A stretch of 64,000 bases of DNA from Candidatus Heimdallarchaeota archaeon (GTDB taxonomy: Archaea; Asgardarchaeota; Heimdallarchaeia; Heimdallarchaeales; Heimdallarchaeaceae): positions 402,757-466,756 of the forward strand of contig JAUVXV010000002.1 of NCBI GenBank assembly GCA_030603365.1. The letters run 5' to 3'. The notes under the pieces were generated by a model. It was not told the DNA's origin. It did not search any database and worked only from the letters and a program-made list of their open reading frames with translations. Of this stretch, positions 57,314-64,000 are shown in pieces. The position numbers and the translations under genes were made by a program. The stretch's first letter is position 1. Every line of letters starts with the position of its first letter.

Positions 57314-58123
57314 GTGGAAAGAATGGGACCGGAAACCTTTCTTACTGGATTTGAAAATGCACTGTGGTACATATCCTTAGGGTTATTAATTTCAGGCGGA
57401 ATATTAGTTATTTTATCCTTTATTTTCAATATTGAAAGCTTAGCTCATGCTTTTGGTGGAGGAGATCATGACATCTCAGCTGATCATGATTTTTCTATAG
57501 ATCACGATGTATCGATAGATCATGACATCTCTGTAGATCACGATATTTCAGTAGATCACGATATTTCAGTAGATCACGATATTTCAGTAGATCACGATAT
57601 TTCAGTAGATCACGATGTATCGATAGATCATGACTTCTCAAGTGATCATGATATTACTTCAAAAGGGGATATCACCCATGTGGAGCTAGATGGTCTAAAA
57701 GATGTAACTCACTCCTCAGCTCCAATCTTCTTGCTTTTGTCAACCTATTTCTTGATGTTTGGTATATTGGGTGTTTCAACACTTCGTATTCTTTCAGATA
57801 GTTCAGGTCTAAGAATCTTTCGTATTATAGTTGTTATAGTCTCTCCGTTCATCCTAGCTTTAGGTATAACCAAAATCTGGAAAAGAATTTCAACTACAAC
57901 AGTGAAACCGATTAGAAGAGGTAAACAACTCATAGGTATGGAAGGAGTTGTATACGTTCCAGTTGACTCAAAAGGTGGAATAATTCATGTTAATCTTGGT
58001 GAAGGATTAGGAACTCAAAAACTCCATGCAAAAAGCTTCAATTATCATGATAGATTTGAAAGAGATCATAAAGTTAGAATAGTTGCCATAAAAAATGGCA
58101 ATTATCTAATTGACGAGTTTTAA
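57314..58123 (+). CDS. NfeD-C/YqiJ-like membrane protein with a His/Asp-rich repeat
   Basis: TM, then DHD repeats, two more TMs and a C-terminal OB-fold LIGMEGVVYVPV..KGGI...VRIV. Confidence 0.75.
   Translation: MERMGPETFLTGFENALWYISLGLLISGGILVILSFIFNIESLAHAFGGGDHDISADHDFSIDHDVSIDHDISVDHDISVDHDISVDHDISVDHDISVDHDVSIDHDFSSDHDITSKGDITHVELDGLKDVTHSSAPIFLLLSTYFLMFGILGVSTLRILSDSSGLRIFRIIVVIVSPFILALGITKIWKRISTTTVKPIRRGKQLIGMEGVVYVPVDSKGGIIHVNLGEGLGTQKLHAKSFNYHDRFERDHKVRIVAIKNGNYLIDEF
57464..57661 (+). repeat. 11 x 18-bp tandem repeat encoding DHD(I/F/V)(S/T)x; four perfect copies of gatcacgatatttcagta at 57536-57607
   Basis: Directly visible in both DNA and protein. Confidence 0.95.
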
Positions 58124-58139
58124 AGGAAAAAAAAAGAAA

Positions 58140-59909
58140 CTAAATAGTTTCCTCTGTTTCTACAGGAATTGATTCTTCTTGATCAATAGTTTCAGTTTTT
58201 CTAGCATCAAAAACCTTCTTTACAAACATCGCTGAAGTAGCTACAATCAGTATTCCCGAAGACGCAAGAACACCAACTAGAAGACCAACGTTCAACTCAA
58301 TTACTATAGTTAAATCTACAGAGCCTATTAAACCATCAACATTTTCTACTTGTAGAATAAGATTATGCTCACCTGTACCTAATCCAGTTAATTCAAGAGA
58401 TATTTCATTTGGTTCCCAAAATGCTAAGAAATCAAATTCATGGTTAAAGAGTTGTTCTTCGCCATCTAGTATTCTTAAAACTGCAGATGTATCATAAGTA
58501 TATCTCATACAATCCCAAGTTTGCAGATTGAGTTCAATGCGGAAACCCGATTTCAGCAAAAATGTATCGGTTTCTAAATCAATAAATGGAGTTTCATAGA
58601 ATCTTTCAATGTTATAACTTTGATAAGCAAATTGAGTACTATTACTCATTTCAATTTCCCAGACTATTTCTCCAGCTGAATTAACCTCAGTATAGAAAAT
58701 AGGATGAGTATTGTTGAGCAATATTGCAGATTCACCTCTATTTCCAAAAATCCCTAGAGTATTGCCATTGGGCAACCTATCACTATCTCCACCGGCAGTA
58801 GGAGAATAGTAACTTGAATCTGGTGCGATGAATGCCCATTCTTCTTTTATTTTCTCTGCAGCTACATCTATGCTAAATTCAAGTAATCTAGAGTATCCAT
58901 CTAATAGTGCTAAAGAGTCTGGATTGGTTATATTTCGTGCATCATTATCAAAGACTATATATCTATTACCACCCAAAGGTTCTAAGTCATAAGGGTGCCA
59001 CCAGATTGTATCAACTGTAACATCTGAAGAATTAGTTACATTGAAACTTCCTAATCTACCTGCAGACCATAAAATCTCACTACCAGTCTTATTTATATTG
59101 TAAATTGTATCGTGATTGCTCACTAGCAAGAGTACTTCATCATCATCAAAATTCCATACCAGTGAATTAGCATGCATCCAATCTGCATATCCATTAAAAG
59201 TGGCATTGTATCCAAGAGAAGTATGAGTAGCTGAATTAAATGGAAGATAAGTTGAGGCATCCCATTCCCAAGCCAAACTACCATTTTGGTAGTATTCTAA
59301 GATATTCTGATAACTGACTTGTAATCCATCCCAAGTTTCAACTGAAGCAACTGTATCCAGAACCAAGAATGTTTGGGTGTTAGGATTATAGACAATATCC
59401 AAGACATTACCAGGTATAGGAAGAATTTCTTCTTTTCCAGTATAGAGATTAAATAAAGTTAGATTGTCAATTGTTGAACCTTTATCAATAATCATGGTAG
59501 TTGAATTATAAGGAATACCGAAAAGATTTCTTGAAGTATTAAAGTAATTAACAATATTACCTTCCATATCAAAAACTGTTGTTCCAATACCAACATTGTC
59601 AAAAGTTGCTGGGTCGCCAGGTGTTATCTCATTTCTCATCATTGTTACGTAATTCAAACCAGATACAACTTGATCAGTAACATATGTTTTTAATGTTATA
59701 TCTTGACTTATATTGTTCAGATTATCATCAGCAAGTAACATAGGAGAATAACTAACACTTGTCCTATTATTTACATAACTTTGAACTTTCATCATTTGGG
59801 GATTCAAAGCAAGCATTGATAGAATCAGTATTAAAGACCCAACTAAAGCGGTTCTTCTTATTTGCATGAAAAAATGAAGATGTTGAAAGTTAAAAAACTT
59901 TCTAAACAC
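58140..59909 (-). CDS. Aryl-sulfate sulfotransferase-like surface protein (probably catalytically impaired)
   Basis: DWMHANSL, VFDND, GDSDRLPNGN, EVN..GEIVWE; C-terminal Ig-like domain plus TM. Confidence 0.75.
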   Translation of the reverse strand: MFRKFFNFQHLHFFMQIRRTALVGSLILILSMLALNPQMMKVQSYVNNRTSVSYSPMLLADDNLNNISQDITLKTYVTDQVVSGLNYVTMMRNEITPGDPATFDNVGIGTTVFDMEGNIVNYFNTSRNLFGIPYNSTTMIIDKGSTIDNLTLFNLYTGKEEILPIPGNVLDIVYNPNTQTFLVLDTVASVETWDGLQVSYQNILEYYQNGSLAWEWDASTYLPFNSATHTSLGYNATFNGYADWMHANSLVWNFDDDEVLLLVSNHDTIYNINKTGSEILWSAGRLGSFNVTNSSDVTVDTIWWHPYDLEPLGGNRYIVFDNDARNITNPDSLALLDGYSRLLEFSIDVAAEKIKEEWAFIAPDSSYYSPTAGGDSDRLPNGNTLGIFGNRGESAILLNNTHPIFYTEVNSAGEIVWEIEMSNSTQFAYQSYNIERFYETPFIDLETDTFLLKSGFRIELNLQTWDCMRYTYDTSAVLRILDGEEQLFNHEFDFLAFWEPNEISLELTGLGTGEHNLILQVENVDGLIGSVDLTIVIELNVGLLVGVLASSGILIVATSAMFVKKVFDARKTETIDQEESIPVETEETI

Positions 59910-59917
59910 AATCTCAT

Positions 59918-62900
59918 TTAAGCTTTAGGTTTTTTTTTGAGTTTTTTCCATCTTATTATAAAGAAAGAAGCTCCTGCTATAACAGCTGTTCCAGGTATGG
60001 TAGTACTTAGAATAATAGTTAGTGTTGAAGATGGCAGAACAGTTATTACTACCCATGTATATGCACTATTTCCAAATTCATCAAAAAGTATCAGAGAGAC
60101 GTAAATTTCTCCAGTTTTAGTCAATGGTATTGTACAGTTTATCACACTTCCATTCCAGTCTCCAAATTTGAATAAAGATTCTTCTACATATATTGAATAG
60201 TTGAATGGATTGCTGTCATATGCAACCCAAGTTAATACCACATTCTTTTCACTTTTCTTGATTTCTATATTCATTAGATGATAAATAGAAGGAGGAGTGC
60301 TATCCCATTCAGGTTCATTATAGTAAATAGCTTCTATTGCATCAAGATGGATGAAATCATCTTGTGTATATTGAATCCTGATATATCTCACTTCACTAAA
60401 GGATGCGGAATCAATGTTAAAACTAGAATTCCCTGTTGCAGTACCTAGATAAATAAACGGAATGTCAAGTTCATTGCTTATCCAAACTTGGTATTCTCCA
60501 CCAAAAGCAAAGATCTTAAAATCATCTCCATTCAGATTTAGAATTTCTTCTTGTTCGCCCATATCCAGAGTAACATACCCTAAGGTATATCCTTCAAAAA
60601 TCCAACAAGTCTCATTGTCTGGACTCCCAAGTGCATTTTCTCCATCTTCATATAATTCCGAAAGTGTATAAATCAAGGCATCAGCATATGGATCAGCTTT
60701 GTTTAACCAGACAGTAATATAAACTGTTGAGATAGAAAATTCCACATAATCATCAACAACCTCAAGTGTAATATTATGTTGTCCAATTCCCCAAGTTTCC
60801 ACATCCCAATTATCAGTTTTGAAAGTAAAAAGATTATTAGTTTTTGTTCCTTGGAGGTAAACCACATCATCCACCCACAAATACCACAAACTTCCTCCAT
60901 GAATTGACCAAGATACAGTTATATTTCCTACACCATATTGGTATTCCTGTTCACTAAAAATATATTGAATTATTGGGGGAGAAGGTGGAGTTATTGTTAG
61001 GAAAACTGATGATGTAGATGTGAAATCTGCATAATCAAACAGTATGAGAGTAACATTGTAAACTCCTTCTTCTAAAGAAGGTATCTGCCAATTCAATTCA
61101 TATGTTTTAATAACCCAATTTTGTATTTCATATAAACTACCATTCACCCATATTTCCCATTTCTTCGGAGTATTGTCAAAAATATTCCATTGGATTACCT
61201 CATTATCACCCCAAATTATTGAGACCTCAGATGAACTTGTAGATACTTGAGGAGGTTCAGCGGGATAAACATGAGCAATAAAAGTTTCATTATAAACCAG
61301 TACAGTGCTATTGTACAATAAAAATTCAATTTTGTAATCACCTAGACCTAAAGTATTCAAATCTAAACTTACATTACTTGAAAACCAAGATGTTGAATTG
61401 TAAATTGAATCATTTACAGTCAGGTTCAATTGAAGAGGTGTTTCAGCTTTCCCTTCCCATTTCAAAGTTGACTCAGTTTGTCCCAATTCTATTTCAGTAA
61501 ATCCTGAACGAATCACATAAAATGGTTTTACTTCTATACTAGTTGTACTAATTGCTGCATGTCCAGCGTCATCTTCTAGAATTATAGTTAAGTTGTAATT
61601 TCCTTTTATCAATTTTCCTAGATTCACATCTAGAAACGATTTCCTCCAATAAGATCTGAAAGTATGAGGTCCTTCGTCAATTAAAGAGTCATTCAGATAA
61701 ATGCTATAATAACCAATTAGATCATCTCTAGTTCTGTAACCTGACCATGTTTCAAATTGAATTTCTGTATCTTCAATAGAGTTCCTGTAAACAATTTCTT
61801 GTTCTTCGATTCCAGGATAAGGGATGAATCTTTCTATTCTATATATCCCATAAATATAGACTTCATTTTCTACGAAATCCATTTTCCAAACAATTTCTCT
61901 CTGTTCATTTATTTCTAGAACTTTAGCATTTCGAGAACCCAGATAATGATTCATACTTCCGAAAGTTCCAAGTCTATTTCCATTAGGTAGTTTATCAGCA
62001 TCACCCCATATACCGCTATAGTATTCTATAGGAGCTTCATAGGTCCAGGTTTCGTTGGCAATTTTATTCTCTTCATCAATTGAAATTTCAACGATTCTTG
62101 TATGCTTACTAGTGTAATCAGTTTGGTTGTGAAAATCGTTATCAAAGAGAATAATCTTATTATCATCAAAGTATTCAAAAGCATGTGAGTGATACCATAG
62201 AGATTCTTTTTGGTTACCTTTTATGTCATAAAGGTCAAAATCACCATGTTCCCCTAATGACCAGATTAGTTCCTTAGATGTATGATTTATTTTGTAAATT
62301 GTATTTAGGTCTCTGCAACTAAGTAAGATTGTATCATCTGTAGGATTGTAGAACAAAGAGTTACTGTGAGTTATCGATCGTGCACTTCCTGACATGTCCT
62401 GATATGGACACCATTGTGTATGGGAAGCAAAGGACTGAGTAGAAACTGACCACACAGCCTCTCCGTAAGGTGTATATTCCACAATTCTATCATAAGCATA
62501 TAGAAAACCTTCAATCAACACTTCTTCACGCATCAAGGTTAGAAAAGTATTGGTTTCACTAATATATTCAATATCGTGGTGTTCTCCAAATCTTAGATCC
62601 CTAGTTGTATTCTCAAAAAAATTCCATAAAAATGGTCGCAATATTCCCCCTACAACTATAGTTGTTGAATTGATAAATTTAGCAATTGAAAATACTAATG
62701 CTTGTGTTGATCCCAAAAACATTGATGAGATTACCTTGCCTTCCATATCGATTACTATTAGATGTACTTCTTGCAAATGCGTAATCAGGTTATTTTTATC
62801 AAGAACGAATAAATTATATCCGTCATAATAATCACCATTAGTTGTGATGTTTAGTTCACTTTCTGAGAACTGACCAATTGGAGGGAGAGCTAGTTTTATA

Positions 62901-63076
62901 TTATTACCAATATAATCTAAAGATAATTCAGTTTCAGGTGTATTAGACACAAGAGAACTTGCTGTATTTATCATAGATGAGGTTAACAACGAACTAATAA
63001 CCATCAATAACAGTATACTTAAACTTCTAATCTTCAAGAAAGGTTTTTTTTCAAGATTTAAGAAATGCTTAAACAA
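59918..63076 (-). CDS. Aryl-sulfate sulfotransferase with multiple Ig-like domains and a C-terminal TM anchor
   Basis: HHDI, THSNSL, LSCRDL, YHSHA, LFDND, GDADKLPNGN; repeated G.YN.T(I/L)...D Ig-like modules; TM plus KKLKKK. Confidence 0.8.
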   Translation of the reverse strand: MFKHFLNLEKKPFLKIRSLSILLLMVISSLLTSSMINTASSLVSNTPETELSLDYIGNNIKLALPPIGQFSESELNITTNGDYYDGYNLFVLDKNNLITHLQEVHLIVIDMEGKVISSMFLGSTQALVFSIAKFINSTTIVVGGILRPFLWNFFENTTRDLRFGEHHDIEYISETNTFLTLMREEVLIEGFLYAYDRIVEYTPYGEAVWSVSTQSFASHTQWCPYQDMSGSARSITHSNSLFYNPTDDTILLSCRDLNTIYKINHTSKELIWSLGEHGDFDLYDIKGNQKESLWYHSHAFEYFDDNKIILFDNDFHNQTDYTSKHTRIVEISIDEENKIANETWTYEAPIEYYSGIWGDADKLPNGNRLGTFGSMNHYLGSRNAKVLEINEQREIVWKMDFVENEVYIYGIYRIERFIPYPGIEEQEIVYRNSIEDTEIQFETWSGYRTRDDLIGYYSIYLNDSLIDEGPHTFRSYWRKSFLDVNLGKLIKGNYNLTIILEDDAGHAAISTTSIEVKPFYVIRSGFTEIELGQTESTLKWEGKAETPLQLNLTVNDSIYNSTSWFSSNVSLDLNTLGLGDYKIEFLLYNSTVLVYNETFIAHVYPAEPPQVSTSSSEVSIIWGDNEVIQWNIFDNTPKKWEIWVNGSLYEIQNWVIKTYELNWQIPSLEEGVYNVTLILFDYADFTSTSSVFLTITPPSPPIIQYIFSEQEYQYGVGNITVSWSIHGGSLWYLWVDDVVYLQGTKTNNLFTFKTDNWDVETWGIGQHNITLEVVDDYVEFSISTVYITVWLNKADPYADALIYTLSELYEDGENALGSPDNETCWIFEGYTLGYVTLDMGEQEEILNLNGDDFKIFAFGGEYQVWISNELDIPFIYLGTATGNSSFNIDSASFSEVRYIRIQYTQDDFIHLDAIEAIYYNEPEWDSTPPSIYHLMNIEIKKSEKNVVLTWVAYDSNPFNYSIYVEESLFKFGDWNGSVINCTIPLTKTGEIYVSLILFDEFGNSAYTWVVITVLPSSTLTIILSTTIPGTAVIAGASFFIIRWKKLKKKPKA

Positions 63077-63133
63077 TCTAATCGAAAAAAAAGAAGAAAA
63101 AAAAGATATATAACGTTTATGTAAGGTTGTTGA

Positions 63134-64000
63134 TTAGATCTTTTTGCGTTTTTTATTAATGAGAAGACTTATGACAACAACACAAACGAAGATTCCAAAT
63201 AGAAAAGTCCCAACATAAGCTAATTCAGGAAATGTAGTTGTGGGCATATAAGATTCTTCCATCATCCAGAAGTTACTATGACCTAAGACATGAGTTATTG
63301 TTGTTCCATTATCAACAAATTTCTCTTCCCAATTGATGAAAGATTTAGCTTCTTCTAAGAGACCTGTATGTATATTTACTGAAGTTTTAATCGTTGCTTC
63401 TAATATTTCTAAATTATAATAGATTGAACTCAAAACAAGATAATAGTATTTAATATATAATTCAATTATGAATGAATCAGAATCCATACTGTAGGTATAA
63501 TTCAAATTATAAGTATATACATAAGTTGTGCCCGTTATCTCAGTAGTTGTATTGTAATCGTCTTCAAAGGAATTATCCACAAGCTCTTCAAAGAGTTGTT
63601 CATAAAGATTATAGGAGCCTGTAGAGTTGACATATCTAGTAGGGGATATTAAAAGATAGGAATCTAATGAGTATATATACCATAGCCAGACATAGCCTAA
63701 CATCATTGGGTCAGGATTAGGAATTAAGATCCCATTAACATAGACTTCATACCAAGTATCATTAGCTGTATCAGGATCTTCAGTTATGTCCAATCTAATT
63801 TTGTTACTTTCATTTATTCTAACATCACCGATATAGAAATCGTCTGGAGTTTCATACCTATCCCCGACTATATCAAGAGTTTTGACAATCCAAGTAAAGG
63901 AGTTTCCGGGATATATAACATCTGAGAAAACTAAAGTACCAGTAGGATAATCTGCAGTTGTCGATACAGTACTGGAAATAAGTACAAAGATAGTGAAAAC
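63134..64000 (-). CDS. C-terminally anchored surface protein; start lies beyond the window end
   Basis: Frame stays open from 63134 to 64000 (VFTIFVLISSTVSTTADYP..., signal-peptide-like), longer than the ORF-track call; C-terminal TM plus KKRKKI. Confidence 0.75.
   Translation of the reverse strand, partial: VFTIFVLISSTVSTTADYPTGTLVFSDVIYPGNSFTWIVKTLDIVGDRYETPDDFYIGDVRINESNKIRLDITEDPDTANDTWYEVYVNGILIPNPDPMMLGYVWLWYIYSLDSYLLISPTRYVNSTGSYNLYEQLFEELVDNSFEDDYNTTTEITGTTYVYTYNLNYTYSMDSDSFIIELYIKYYYLVLSSIYYNLEILEATIKTSVNIHTGLLEEAKSFINWEEKFVDNGTTITHVLGHSNFWMMEESYMPTTTFPELAYVGTFLFGIFVCVVVISLLINKKRKKI

Noticed and set aside
57464-57661. Tandem repeat as a CRISPR array
   Set aside because: No unique spacers, the 18-bp period is in frame within a CDS, and there are no cas genes

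Overview
Gene-dense, AT-rich archaeal chromosomal DNA. Archaeal markers include TFB, Rpo12, aIF1/SUI1, type II MetAP and an archaeal/eukaryal-type GlyRS. A RING-finger protein, a TRAP-beta-like protein next to a Get3/TRC40-type ATPase, and many C-terminally anchored surface proteins point to an Asgard archaeon, probably Heimdallarchaeia (inference). Main gene content: an Etf/FixABCX cluster, a partial pyr cluster (pyrF, HTH-PRTase, pyrC, pyrK, pyrD), glpK, three DegV/FakB paralogues, two DUF3160 paralogues, PiT/DUF47, sdhAB-fumC without membrane anchors, a class II CCA-adding enzyme and two tandem aryl-sulfate sulfotransferases. Reading the gaps in the ORF track gave five extra features: the truncated FtsX-like permease at the left edge, rpo12, a candidate box C/D sRNA with its own promoter, a stand-alone TFB C-terminal cyclin-repeat gene with one in-frame TAA, and a zinc-ribbon gene downstream of aIF1 that appears to start at AUU. 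No rRNA, tRNA, CRISPR array or mobile element was seen. All family calls come from motif recognition by eye; no database search was run.
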